64,000 nucleotides of DNA from positions 4,197 through 68,196 of the forward strand of contig JBPCXV010000117.1 of assembly GCA_051008235.1 (NCBI GenBank), in the 5' to 3' direction. The notes under the pieces were generated by a model. It was given only the letters and a program-made list of their open reading frames with translations. It did not search any database and was not told the DNA's origin. This stretch comes from Pseudohongiellaceae bacterium. GTDB taxonomy: Bacteria > Pseudomonadota > Gammaproteobacteria > Pseudomonadales > Pseudohongiellaceae. This document shows, one piece after another, positions 26,044 through 35,882 of the stretch. How positions within the stretch are numbered: the first letter of the stretch is position 1; the number at the start of each line of letters is the position of its first letter. A program made the position numbers and the translations under genes.

Positions 26044-27723
26044 ATGCAAATGCGAAAGATTCTCACCTGTATCGCCGCCATGGCGGCAAGTATGGGGCTT
26101 CTGGCCCCGGCCACCGCCCAGAGCGATGAAGACGCACTAGCCGTACTAGTCCCCGGCGGAGGCACCTACAGCCGCGCCATCTCCACCGATTCCGCCGAAG
26201 CCCAGATATTCTTTGACCAGGGATTAAGAATGGCCTGGGGCTTCTATTTCCCGGAATCCATCGCCTCCTATCAGGAGGCCTCGCGGCTTGACCCCGAACA
26301 CCCCATGCCCTACTGGGGCCTGGCCCACGCCGCCGGCCCCAACCCCAACAGCCGCTACGCCGGCATGCCCGATGACCCGCAAGGAGCGGGGCTCAAGGCA
26401 ATCCGCCAGGCGCTGGAACTGGCCAACAACGGCGATGAACGCGAACGCGAACTCATCAACGCCCTGTTCGTGCTGTATAACAAGGATGCCATCTCCGATG
26501 ACCGCGAGCGGGATTTCGCCTACGTGGATGCCATGCGCGCGCTGCACAAAAAATACCCCGGCGATGCCGACATCGCCGCCCTGTTCGCCGAATCATTCAT
26601 GAACACCACCCGCTGGGACTACTGGAACGCCGACGGCACCGCCAAAGCAGGCACCGCCGAAGCCAAGGCCGCGCTGGAAGCATCCATGGCGGTGGAGCAC
26701 GACCACCCCGGCGCCAACCACCTCTACATTCACCTGATGGAAATGTCCAACCAGCCGGAACTGGCCATGCCTTCGGCGCAGAAACTGGAAGGCAGCATGC
26801 CCATCTCCGGCCATCTGGTGCACATGCCCGGCCACATCTATCTGCGGGTGGGCGAATATGAGAAAGCCATCGACATCAACGAACGCTCACAAATAGTGGA
26901 CCAACAGTTCGCCGAAATCTGGGGCGAAACCAACCTGCCCATGATTGGCACCTACTCACTGTCCCACAAATCCCACGCACCCCACGCCCTGGACTTTGTG
27001 CGCTATGCCAACATGCTGCAAGGCAACTACGCCGAATCCCAAAAAGCCGCCCACAGCAACGCACAAAGAGCCAGACAGAACCCGATGGCGCGCCGCAGCC
27101 AGAAAACCATCGCCCACGAGTTCATAACCGACAAGGTGTTCGGCAAATGGGACAAGATTCTTGCCGACGATGCCGCCAACAGCCAACTGGAGTCACCCTA
27201 TCTGCAAGGAATATGGAGTTATGTGGTGGGCAGCGCACATCTCGCCAAGGGGCAAACCGAAGAAGCCCAGGCGGCACTGGCAGTGTTGCAAGAGCAAATT
27301 GCCGCACCCGGTTTGGATGACCTGGGCGTTGGCCCCACCCCCGCCTCTCATGTGCTGAACCTGGCCCTGCACGCCCTGCTCGGTGAAATCGCAGAAGCCA
27401 ATGACGATTGGGACGGCGCCATTCTGCACTACGGCCACGCCGTCGGCTATCAGGACAACCTGAGTTACACCGAGCCGCCGGATTGGTCTCAATCCATGCG
27501 CCTCTATCTGGGCAGCGCCCTGCTGGAAGCCAACCGCGGTGAGGAAGCGGAAAAAGTATTCCGCGAAGAGCTGGAGTGGAGCCAGCAAAACGGCTGGGCC
27601 ACCTTCGGCCTATACCAGGCACTGGAAGCCCAGGGCATGACCCACGAAGCCGCCATCGCCAAGCGCCAGTTTGATTCCCTGTGGCGCAACGCCGATGTAA
27701 CGCTGGAACGCCCCCGCCTGTAA
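26044..27723 (+). CDS. Secreted helical-repeat (TPR-like) protein of unknown function
   Basis: Signal peptide MQMRKILTCIAAMAASMGLLAPATAQS. The rest is a long, helix-prone sequence with TPR-like Ala/Tyr/Leu spacing. No catalytic motif was recognised. Confidence 0.5.
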   Translation: MQMRKILTCIAAMAASMGLLAPATAQSDEDALAVLVPGGGTYSRAISTDSAEAQIFFDQGLRMAWGFYFPESIASYQEASRLDPEHPMPYWGLAHAAGPNPNSRYAGMPDDPQGAGLKAIRQALELANNGDERERELINALFVLYNKDAISDDRERDFAYVDAMRALHKKYPGDADIAALFAESFMNTTRWDYWNADGTAKAGTAEAKAALEASMAVEHDHPGANHLYIHLMEMSNQPELAMPSAQKLEGSMPISGHLVHMPGHIYLRVGEYEKAIDINERSQIVDQQFAEIWGETNLPMIGTYSLSHKSHAPHALDFVRYANMLQGNYAESQKAAHSNAQRARQNPMARRSQKTIAHEFITDKVFGKWDKILADDAANSQLESPYLQGIWSYVVGSAHLAKGQTEEAQAALAVLQEQIAAPGLDDLGVGPTPASHVLNLALHALLGEIAEANDDWDGAILHYGHAVGYQDNLSYTEPPDWSQSMRLYLGSALLEANRGEEAEKVFREELEWSQQNGWATFGLYQALEAQGMTHEAAIAKRQFDSLWRNADVTLERPRL

Positions 27724-27742
27724 CAGAAAGAGGTTACAAACC

Positions 27743-29059
27743 ATGCAGTCATATCATATAAAGTTACTAACACTCTTACTCACCACGTTGCCAGCGTTCG
27801 CCATCGCTCAAACAGCATACGACACACTAGTCGCCGAACGAGCCGCCGAGATTGAAGACAAGGTAATCGCCTGGCGCCGCGACATTCATCAACACCCCGA
27901 GCTAAGCAACCGCGAAACCCGCACCGCCGCACTGGTGGCTGAACACCTCAACGCACTCGGCCTGGAAGTACAAACCGGCGTAGCACACACCGGCGTTGTG
28001 GCTGTGCTACGCGGCGGCCGCCCCGGCCCCACAGTTGCACTGCGCGCCGACATGGACGCCCTGCCAGTGGAAGAACGCACCGGCTTACCCTACGCCTCCA
28101 CCGTACGCACCACCTACAACGGCCTTGATGTGGGCGTAATGCACGCCTGCGGCCACGACAACCATGTAGCCATCCTCATGGGCGCCGCAGAAGTTTTAAC
28201 CTCAATGCGCGACGACATCCCCGGCACCATCAAGTTCATCTTCCAGCCCGCCGAGGAAGGTGCGCCGCAAGGTGAAGACGGCGGCGCAAAAATGATGATT
28301 GACGAAGGCACACTGGAATCCCCCGATGTGGAAGCCATCTTCGGCCTGCACATCAGCCAGAGCCTGGCCGCCGGGGAAGCCGGCTACCGCGCACTGGGCA
28401 TGATGGCCAGCGCACAAACCTACTGGATTAGCATCCACGGACGCCAGACCCACGGCGCACGACCCTGGCAGGGGATTGACCCGGTGGTTGTCGGCGCACA
28501 AATCGTGATGGGCCTGCAAACCATCATCAGCCGCCAGGTGGATGTTACTTTGGCCCCGGCAGTAATCACCGTAGGAACTTTTCACGGCGGACAACGCTTC
28601 AACATCATCCCGGATACAGTGGAGTTAAGCGGCACCATCCGCACCTTTGATGCCGACATGCGAGCACAAATCCACGAACGCATGCACCGCACCGTGCAAT
28701 CCATCGCCGAAGCCGGCGGCGCCCGCGCCGAACTGACTATTGACCCGGGCGTGCCAGTAACCTACAACCACGCCGAACTCACCGCACAAATGGGCCCAAG
28801 CCTGAACCGCATTTACGGCGGCGACAAGGTGTTTGAAACACCACGCATAACCGGCGCCGAGGATTTCTCTTTCTTCCAGGAAGAAGTACCGGGGTTCTAC
28901 TTCTACATCGGCGGCCGCCCCCCGGAAATACCCGCAAGCGAGGCCATTCCCAACCATTCTCCGCTGTTTTATGTGGATGAGAGTGCTTTGTTGTCGGGAG
29001 TGCGTGCTATGAGTACATTGCCGCTTGATTACCTTAGCCAACGTCTTGAACAAAATTAG
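27743..29059 (+). CDS. M20D-family amidohydrolase (aminoacylase/hippurate hydrolase-like), secreted
   Basis: Signal peptide ...LPAFAIAQ, and the motifs HQHPELS, MHACGHDNH and FQPAEEG. Confidence 0.8.
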   Translation: MQSYHIKLLTLLLTTLPAFAIAQTAYDTLVAERAAEIEDKVIAWRRDIHQHPELSNRETRTAALVAEHLNALGLEVQTGVAHTGVVAVLRGGRPGPTVALRADMDALPVEERTGLPYASTVRTTYNGLDVGVMHACGHDNHVAILMGAAEVLTSMRDDIPGTIKFIFQPAEEGAPQGEDGGAKMMIDEGTLESPDVEAIFGLHISQSLAAGEAGYRALGMMASAQTYWISIHGRQTHGARPWQGIDPVVVGAQIVMGLQTIISRQVDVTLAPAVITVGTFHGGQRFNIIPDTVELSGTIRTFDADMRAQIHERMHRTVQSIAEAGGARAELTIDPGVPVTYNHAELTAQMGPSLNRIYGGDKVFETPRITGAEDFSFFQEEVPGFYFYIGGRPPEIPASEAIPNHSPLFYVDESALLSGVRAMSTLPLDYLSQRLEQN

Positions 29060-29117
29060 TTAAGGTGTGCCGTCTTGATTGTATTCGGCACGACTGTATC
29101 TGCGTGATTCTACTTAC

Positions 29118-30146
29118 ATGATTGTACTAGGCATAGAAACTTCCTGCGATGAAACTGGCGTTGCCCTGTATGACAGCGAGCGAGGCCTGCTGGCCGATGT
29201 TCTGTATAGCCAGGTGGACATCCACGCCCGTTACGGCGGTGTGATTCCCGAACTTGCCTCCCGCGACCACATCCGCAAAACCTTGCCCCTGATTGACGAG
29301 GTAGTAAAGAAAGCCGGAATCAAACGCACCGCCATCGGCGGCGTAGCTTACACCGCTGGCCCCGGCCTCATCGGCGCCTTGCTGGTCGGTGCCTCATTAG
29401 GCCGCGCACTCGCCCTGTCGCTAAATATACCCGCCGTCGGCGTACACCACATGGAAGGCCACTTGCTGGCACCAATGCTGGAATCCAACCCGCCACAGTT
29501 TCCTTTCATCGCCCTGCTGGTATCCGGCGGCCACACCCAACTGGTAGCCGTGTCCGGCATAGGCCAATATCAGTTACTAGGCGAATCCGTAGATGATGCC
29601 GCCGGCGAAGCCTTTGACAAGGTAGGCAAGATGCTCAACCTGCCATACCCCGGCGGCCCCCATGTAGCGCAACTGGCCGAAGACGGCAACCCAAACCGAT
29701 TCCAGTTCCCCAGACCAATGACCAACCGCCCGGGCCTGGACTTCAGTTTCAGCGGCCTGAAAACCCACGTCCGCACCACCATCGCCGAGCACACCAACAC
29801 CGATGACACACTTGATAAACAAACCCGCGCCGACATCGCCCGGGCATTTGAAGACGCCGTAGTGGACACCCTCGTCATCAAATGCCGCCGCGCCCTGGAA
29901 CAAACCGGCCTGAACTCTCTAATCATCGCCGGCGGCGTAAGCGCCAACCGGCAACTACGCAAAACACTGGAACAAGCCGTCAAAAAACTAAACGCCAAAC
30001 TATTCTACGCCGCCCCCCACCTCTGCACCGACAACGGCGCCATGATTGCCTACGCCGGCTGCCAACGCCTGCTAGCCGGACATCAGGAACCCCTCGCCAT
30101 CAATGCCCGACCCCGCTGGTCCCTTGAAACTTTGCCGGCAATCTAA
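29118..30146 (+). CDS. tsaD: tRNA N6-adenosine threonylcarbamoyltransferase
   Basis: The motifs [23 protein letters not shown] and CTDNGAMIA. The start at MIVLGIE is preferred. Confidence 0.93.
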   Translation: MIVLGIETSCDETGVALYDSERGLLADVLYSQVDIHARYGGVIPELASRDHIRKTLPLIDEVVKKAGIKRTAIGGVAYTAGPGLIGALLVGASLGRALALSLNIPAVGVHHMEGHLLAPMLESNPPQFPFIALLVSGGHTQLVAVSGIGQYQLLGESVDDAAGEAFDKVGKMLNLPYPGGPHVAQLAEDGNPNRFQFPRPMTNRPGLDFSFSGLKTHVRTTIAEHTNTDDTLDKQTRADIARAFEDAVVDTLVIKCRRALEQTGLNSLIIAGGVSANRQLRKTLEQAVKKLNAKLFYAAPHLCTDNGAMIAYAGCQRLLAGHQEPLAINARPRWSLETLPAI

Positions 30147-30215
30147 TCAGGCCCACACTCACCACAATCCCTAACAGGCGAAGCAAGCAAAACATCAACA
30201 GGAAATCAGCGCACT

Positions 30216-30572
30216 ATGAACGACATCATATACATCCGCGAACTGCGAGTTGAAACCATCATCGGCATCCATGACCATGAACGAAAACAAAAGCAAACAA
30301 TAAGCATAGATATTGAAATGGCAGCAGACACTCGCCCCGCCGCTGCGTCTGACAACATCAAGGACGCACTGGATTACGATGCCGTTGTCCACCGTGTAAC
30401 TGAGTTCGTTGAAGCAGCCAACTATCAGTTGATAGAAACGCTGGCCGAACACATCGCCCAACTAATACTCAAAAAATTCAAAGCCCCTTGGCTTCGCCTG
30501 CGAGTAAGCAAACCCGATGCCCTGCCTAATGCCAAAGATGCCGGTGTTGTTATTGAGCGTCCCGCACCCTAG
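30216..30572 (+). CDS. folB: dihydroneopterin aldolase
   Basis: 118 aa, with IIGIHDHERKQKQ and DYDAV motifs. Confidence 0.85.
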   Translation: MNDIIYIRELRVETIIGIHDHERKQKQTISIDIEMAADTRPAAASDNIKDALDYDAVVHRVTEFVEAANYQLIETLAEHIAQLILKKFKAPWLRLRVSKPDALPNAKDAGVVIERPAP

Positions 30573-31770
30573 CGATACGTTCCAGCCGGGCACGGCGAAT
30601 TACATCTTCCGGTTTGCTTTCGGGGTTTTCTTTCAACAGGGCAGGGATGTCTATTTCGCAAGCTGCGTTATAGACGCTTTGCAGATAAGCACTCTGCGGA
30701 TAAGGGCGCGATTCCAGGCCGGTGCGGCCGCGAGCGTCGGCTTCGCAGGCCAGGCAAAACTGGGTGAGGCGTTGGGGGCGGCGGAAGGCATCAAGGCTTT
30801 CCAGTAGCCGCAGCAAAGTGGTGGAGCGCAGTTCAAGCGCCCGATGCGAATTAAGATGATGTTCAGATACCAGACGTGCCAGCGCCACATAATCATTGGG
30901 CACCGGGATGCGTTTATGCACGGCATCCAGTGCTTGCAGCCCCAGCATTTCGTGCCCCACATGGCTGGGCCATTTGGCCGGATTGGTAAGGCCTTTGCCG
31001 AGGTCATGCACCAGCACCGCATAACGCACCACTGAATCTTCCGACAGTTTCACCGCCTGTTGCAGACACAACAGAATATGTATGCCGGTATCCACCTCTG
31101 GGTGATGATGTTCCGGTTGCGGAATGCCAAACAACTTGTCCAACTCCGGCAGCAAGACAGACAGTGCGCCACAATCGCGCAGCACACTGATGAACACATC
31201 CGGGTGGTTGGTTTGCAGTGCCAGCAAAATCTCCTGCCACACCCGTTCTCCTGGCAAGGAAGCAAGCTCGCCACTCTCGCTCATCTGCCGCATAAGCGCA
31301 AGAGTTTCCGGCGCGACGCTGAACTCCTGCTGCGCCAGCCGGGCGGCAAACCGGGCCACGCGCAACACCCGCAACGGATCCTCCGCGAAAGCATCAGACA
31401 CATGACGAAGCCGCCGCTGCGCCAAATCCTGCTGTCCGCCGTAAGGGTCTATCAGCGTGCCATCGGCACTCTCCGCGATGGCGTTGATAGTCAAGTCGCG
31501 GCGCTTGAGGTCGTCTTCCAGAGTAACGCTACCAGTGGTATCAAAAGCAAAACCCTTGTGGCCGGAAGCAGTCTTGCGCTCCAGCCGCGCCAACGCATAT
31601 TGTTCTTTACTGTCCGGATGCAAGAAGACAGGAAAATCCTTACCCACCTGGCTATAACCAGCATCCAGCATCTGTTGCGGCGTTGCGCCCACCACCACCC
31701 AGTCATTTTCCTTTACCGGCAGGCCAAGCAATTTGTCACGCACAGCGCCGCCGACGAGATAGGTTTTCAT
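30550..31770 (-). CDS. cca: multifunctional CCA-adding tRNA nucleotidyltransferase with an HD phosphohydrolase domain
   Basis: MKTYLVGGAVRDKLLG, RRDLTINA, and an HD domain with VLVHDLGK. The start at 31770 is preferred over the extended ORF. Confidence 0.9.
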   Translation of the reverse strand: MKTYLVGGAVRDKLLGLPVKENDWVVVGATPQQMLDAGYSQVGKDFPVFLHPDSKEQYALARLERKTASGHKGFAFDTTGSVTLEDDLKRRDLTINAIAESADGTLIDPYGGQQDLAQRRLRHVSDAFAEDPLRVLRVARFAARLAQQEFSVAPETLALMRQMSESGELASLPGERVWQEILLALQTNHPDVFISVLRDCGALSVLLPELDKLFGIPQPEHHHPEVDTGIHILLCLQQAVKLSEDSVVRYAVLVHDLGKGLTNPAKWPSHVGHEMLGLQALDAVHKRIPVPNDYVALARLVSEHHLNSHRALELRSTTLLRLLESLDAFRRPQRLTQFCLACEADARGRTGLESRPYPQSAYLQSVYNAACEIDIPALLKENPESKPEDVIRRARLERIARVRDAQ

Positions 31771-31782
31771 AAGTTTATGACC

Positions 31783-31940
31783 CACACATAGTTTATTCAT
31801 CAAGCGAGGCATTGAACCGCCCACATCTTCCACTCGCGGCAATATCGGTTCGCGCCCCCACACATAGTTTACTCATCGAGCGGAGATGTTAAACCGCCTG
31901 CCATCTTCCAGCCGTATCAGCGTTAGTTCGCGCCCCCACA
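31783..31940. repeat. ~75-bp tandem duplication of the apaH 3-prime end in the apaH-cca spacer
   Basis: Unit cacacatagtttaYtcatcRagcg...ggttcgcgcccccacacata occurs twice. One copy contains the real apaH stop. The other encodes the spurious N-terminal extension MWGREPILPRVEDVGG, compared with apaH VWGRELTLIRLEDGRR. Confidence 0.75.
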
Positions 31941-32751
31941 CATAACCAGTGTCCAGCGCGATAACATCATCCCGTCCGGTAACGCCCTCAATAGCCGCCC
32001 AATGGCCGAACAGAATGATAGCCTCGGGCGTGATACGCTGAAACTCAAACCAGGGCTTGTAGCCTTTCGGCGCCGCACAGAAACCTTCCTTGACATCCAG
32101 CCGCAGGCTGCCCACATCATCGCAAAAGCGCACTCTGGTCAGGTAATTGGTAATAGTGCGCAGGCGGTCATAACCCTCCAGCTTTTTACTCCAGCGAATG
32201 GGCGTGTCGCCATACATATTGGCCAGATATGCTTGATAGTTCTTGCGGCTTGCGTAACCCCCATGACTCTCATACCCCCCATAACCCCCATAATCCTCAT
32301 CCCGCAACACAAACTCCACCTCCGCCGCCAGATTAAGAGTTGTCTGCAACGACCAGGTGGGAGCAACACCCGCATGCACCATCAAAAAGTTTCGCGGCCC
32401 CACCGTGGTTTCCACCGCCTCGTAATGCACCAGCGGTTTGTGCCGCAACCAACCGGCTAGCCCCTCGCAATCAGCAGATTCCAGCAACTCATCCAGCGTA
32501 TCCTTACTCCGATTCGGCGCACAATTCTCATGCAGCGCCAAAAAATGCAAATCATGATTACCCAACACCACCACCAACGCCTCATCCATATCTTGCAAGT
32601 AACGCAAAGTATCCAGCGAACGCGGCCCCCGATTAACCAAATCACCCACGCACCAGAGCCTGTCAGTTGCAGGCGAAAAGCCAACTTTCTTAAGCAACTT
32701 CTTCAGCGGCTTGTAGCAGCCCTGAATATCACCAATAACATAAGTGCTCAT
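31873..32751 (-). CDS. apaH: bis(5'-nucleosyl)-tetraphosphatase, symmetrical
   Basis: Metallophosphatase motifs GDIQGC, GDLVNRG, GNHD and HAG. It carries a Gly/Tyr low-complexity insertion. Confidence 0.93.
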   Translation of the reverse strand: MSTYVIGDIQGCYKPLKKLLKKVGFSPATDRLWCVGDLVNRGPRSLDTLRYLQDMDEALVVVLGNHDLHFLALHENCAPNRSKDTLDELLESADCEGLAGWLRHKPLVHYEAVETTVGPRNFLMVHAGVAPTWSLQTTLNLAAEVEFVLRDEDYGGYGGYESHGGYASRKNYQAYLANMYGDTPIRWSKKLEGYDRLRTITNYLTRVRFCDDVGSLRLDVKEGFCAAPKGYKPWFEFQRITPEAIILFGHWAAIEGVTGRDDVIALDTGYVWGRELTLIRLEDGRRFNISAR

Positions 32752-32778
32752 AACAAATTACAACAGAATGATTGTGGG

Positions 32779-35700
32779 TTAAAGAATATTATCGGATTTC
32801 ATGGCAGATTGCTTTATTTGCTGCTGGTAGGTTAGTTCAAAGATGGCATTGCCCAGCCATTTCTTGAACGATGGATTGTCACTGAACTGCTTGAACAGTT
32901 CGGTATGGTCAGACAGCAAGGCGTTCATGACTTTTTGCAGGGCTGCATCATGCTCAATCTGGGCGGTTTTCTTGTCGTTGTTTTTGATGGCATTCTGATA
33001 GGCCGGATCCGCCGCTACCTTGGCTGGGATTTCCTCAGTGATGACCTTACGAATTTTATCGGCATCCTGCCAGCTGATATTTCCAAACTGGTCATTGAAT
33101 GCCTTGATGATGCTACTCAATATATCCATTTCCGTTTCCTCACCACCGCCGCCACCACCAATGGGCACAGGATCAATTTCGCCATCCTGATCTGGCAGCC
33201 CAATTTTCTGACTGGCTTGTATTTCAGCGCGATAGCTGTCCATATCAATAGTTTCCAAAATGCCTCGGGACAGATCATCTTCTTTTGGAGCGGGAAGCTT
33301 GGGAATCAGGAAATTGAGAAAAGTATAAAGCTTTTCCCATTCGGCATAAGAGTAGGGCAGAACGGCAGCCAGAAAGCCGTATATGCGAACGAATGTCTTG
33401 GCCTTGCCCTTGAAATCCACCTGGTCATCTTCCTTGAGGTCAGTTTTGTAGGTATTCACGCAGGTGTCAAGAATCGGATCAAGCTGGTCGCGGGCCGCAC
33501 CATTCAGATAAAGCTCCACCAGATTGCTAATCTGTTGCTCTGAATAAACTTGATGACTATCCAAAGTAGATTGAAGATTATGTAACTTGTTGGGGTCGGT
33601 TTTATCGCTGAGAATAGTAGTGCGATAGTAAGGTTCAAATGACTTTTGAATCATATCTGAGTCATTATAGAAATCAAGCACAAAAGTATCGTGCTTTTTT
33701 GGGTGGGCACGGTTGAGTCGTGAAAGTGTTTGCACTGCCCTGATGCCGGAAAGCGGTTTATCTACATACATGGTGTGCAGCAACGGTTCATCGTAACCCG
33801 TTTGATACTTGTCGGCGACAATCAGAAAGCGGTAAGGATCTTGCCGCACTTGTTCAGTAATCTTATTGCTGGGGAAGCCATTGAGTTTCGCTTCGGTGAA
33901 ACGCTTGCCGTCATGCTCGCGCTCACCGGAAAAAGCCACGATTGGCCGGTATGGGCTCTTGCGCTCCCTAAGATAGTCTGAGAAGGCGTGGAAGTATTGG
34001 ATAGCCTGTTTAACCCCTTTGGTTATAACCATAGCCCGAGCCCTTCCACCGATTTTGTGGTGGCCGATGACATGAGTATGAAAGTGGTCCACCATGATTT
34101 CAGTTTTTTCGCGTATGGCGTGTTGATGGGATTCCACATAACGGCGCAACTTTTTATGCGCTTTCTTGCTGTCAAAAACGGGGTCATCCTCTACAGTTTG
34201 GACCAAACGATAATAGCTTTGCACCGGGGTGTAATGTTGTAGCACATCAAGAATGAAAACTTCCTGAATGGCCTGCTTCATAGTGTAGCCGTGGAACGGG
34301 CTATATTTCACCATGCCACCAGGCTGCGAACTCGCCTCACCAAAAATCTCCAGAGTCTTATTTTTGGGAGTTGCAGTAAAGGCGAAATAGCTGGCATTGG
34401 TGAGCATTTTACGGCTTTCCATGGCCTTATTAATTTTATCTTCTGTCGTTTCTTCCTCGTTATCCTCACCATCTTGTGACACGCCATCATCCTGATGGAT
34501 ATTAAGCTCTGCACTTGTTTCTCCGTGGCCGTAAGTTACCGCATCACCTGTGTCAATTTTATCTTCATCTGTCGCTTCCTTGTTAGATTTTCCAAGCACA
34601 ACATTCATGGCAGAGGTGGTTTTTCCACCCTGGCTGGAGTGAGCTTCATCAATAATAATTGCAAATTTCTTATCCTGAAGTTCGTTGCCAATCTCAGTAA
34701 GGATAAGCGGGAATTTCTGCACTGTAGAAACAATGATTTTCTTGCCATCCTTGAGAAACTTACGCAAATCTCCAGAGTGTTCGGCATGACCGACTGTGGC
34801 TGCCACTTGAGCAAACTGCTTAATGGTGTCTCTGATTTGCTTGTCCAGCACACGCCGGTCGGTAACCACGATAATAGAATCAAACAGCACCTCGCCATCC
34901 CGCTCAAGCCCTACAAGCTGATGTGCCAGCCAGGCAATGGAGTTGCTCTTGCCGCTACCTGCCGAGTGTTGAATCAGGTAGCGTTTGCCGACATCATTGT
35001 TGCGGGCATCTGCCAGCAACAGCCGCACCACAGCCAGTTGATGATAGCGAGGGAAAATTTGCTTGTACTTCTTTTTTTTGGTTTTCTCATCCTTTTCTTC
35101 AACTACTTGTGCGTAATTTTCCAGAATATCGGTTAAGCCTTGTTTGGACAGAACCTCTTTCCACAAGTAGTCAGTGGCTATGCCTTGAGGGTTAGGTGGA
35201 TTCCCTGCGCCGTCTTTGTGGCCTTTGTTAAAAGGCAGGAACCAGGAGTTCTTGCCCTGAAGGCGAGTGCAGAAACGTACCTCTTTGTCATCCACAGCAA
35301 AGTGCGCTACGCAACGCTTGAACTGAAATAAAAGTTCTTTGGGGTCGCGGTCGCGATTATATTGATGAACGGCATCATGAACTGTTTGCTTGGTAAGATT
35401 ATTTTTAAGCTCAAAAGTGGCAATAGGCAAACCATTGATGAACACGGCCATGTCAAGAGACAGTGCAGTTTTGGTTTGGCTATAGTGGAGTTGACGGGTG
35501 ATGCCGAAGATATTAGCTTTGAACAGTTTGGCAGCCTCTGCATTCCCCGGAGTCGGGGTACCATAGAACAGGTTGACAGATATTGGACCATGCTTGAGGC
35601 CATTTCGCAAAACATCCACTACACCACGCTTGGTGATTTCTCCTTGCAGACGATGCAGAAACTGGTCGCGTTTGGGCCCATCCTGGTCAATACCAAGTTT

Positions 35701-35871
35701 TTCATAAGCATCGGGTTGCGTGGAAGCGAGGAATTGCAGTAGCTTAGGCAGGTCAACAGCGTGTTCCGGATCGTAGTCCTGCGAGTCGCCCTGAACATAT
35801 CCGGCCTCGTCCACAAGGGAGGCAACAATGAGGGATTCTAGTCCCTTTTCGCTGGTGTCAGTTGGCATCAC
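32779..35871 (-). CDS. hsdR: type I restriction endonuclease, R subunit
   Basis: 1030 aa, with helicase motif I HSAGSGKSNS and the DEAH box IIDEAHSSQ. Last gene of the hsdM-hsdS...hsdR operon. Confidence 0.93.
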   Translation of the reverse strand: MMPTDTSEKGLESLIVASLVDEAGYVQGDSQDYDPEHAVDLPKLLQFLASTQPDAYEKLGIDQDGPKRDQFLHRLQGEITKRGVVDVLRNGLKHGPISVNLFYGTPTPGNAEAAKLFKANIFGITRQLHYSQTKTALSLDMAVFINGLPIATFELKNNLTKQTVHDAVHQYNRDRDPKELLFQFKRCVAHFAVDDKEVRFCTRLQGKNSWFLPFNKGHKDGAGNPPNPQGIATDYLWKEVLSKQGLTDILENYAQVVEEKDEKTKKKKYKQIFPRYHQLAVVRLLLADARNNDVGKRYLIQHSAGSGKSNSIAWLAHQLVGLERDGEVLFDSIIVVTDRRVLDKQIRDTIKQFAQVAATVGHAEHSGDLRKFLKDGKKIIVSTVQKFPLILTEIGNELQDKKFAIIIDEAHSSQGGKTTSAMNVVLGKSNKEATDEDKIDTGDAVTYGHGETSAELNIHQDDGVSQDGEDNEEETTEDKINKAMESRKMLTNASYFAFTATPKNKTLEIFGEASSQPGGMVKYSPFHGYTMKQAIQEVFILDVLQHYTPVQSYYRLVQTVEDDPVFDSKKAHKKLRRYVESHQHAIREKTEIMVDHFHTHVIGHHKIGGRARAMVITKGVKQAIQYFHAFSDYLRERKSPYRPIVAFSGEREHDGKRFTEAKLNGFPSNKITEQVRQDPYRFLIVADKYQTGYDEPLLHTMYVDKPLSGIRAVQTLSRLNRAHPKKHDTFVLDFYNDSDMIQKSFEPYYRTTILSDKTDPNKLHNLQSTLDSHQVYSEQQISNLVELYLNGAARDQLDPILDTCVNTYKTDLKEDDQVDFKGKAKTFVRIYGFLAAVLPYSYAEWEKLYTFLNFLIPKLPAPKEDDLSRGILETIDMDSYRAEIQASQKIGLPDQDGEIDPVPIGGGGGGEETEMDILSSIIKAFNDQFGNISWQDADKIRKVITEEIPAKVAADPAYQNAIKNNDKKTAQIEHDAALQKVMNALLSDHTELFKQFSDNPSFKKWLGNAIFELTYQQQIKQSAMKSDNIL

Positions 35872-35882
35872 CGATTCTCCGG

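Noticed and set aside
25898-26140. 80-aa ORF overlapping the start of the secreted helical-repeat protein gene.
   Set aside because: It is out of frame with, and overlaps, a gene that has a clear signal peptide and RBS. It has no motifs and a Pro/Arg-rich shadow-like composition.
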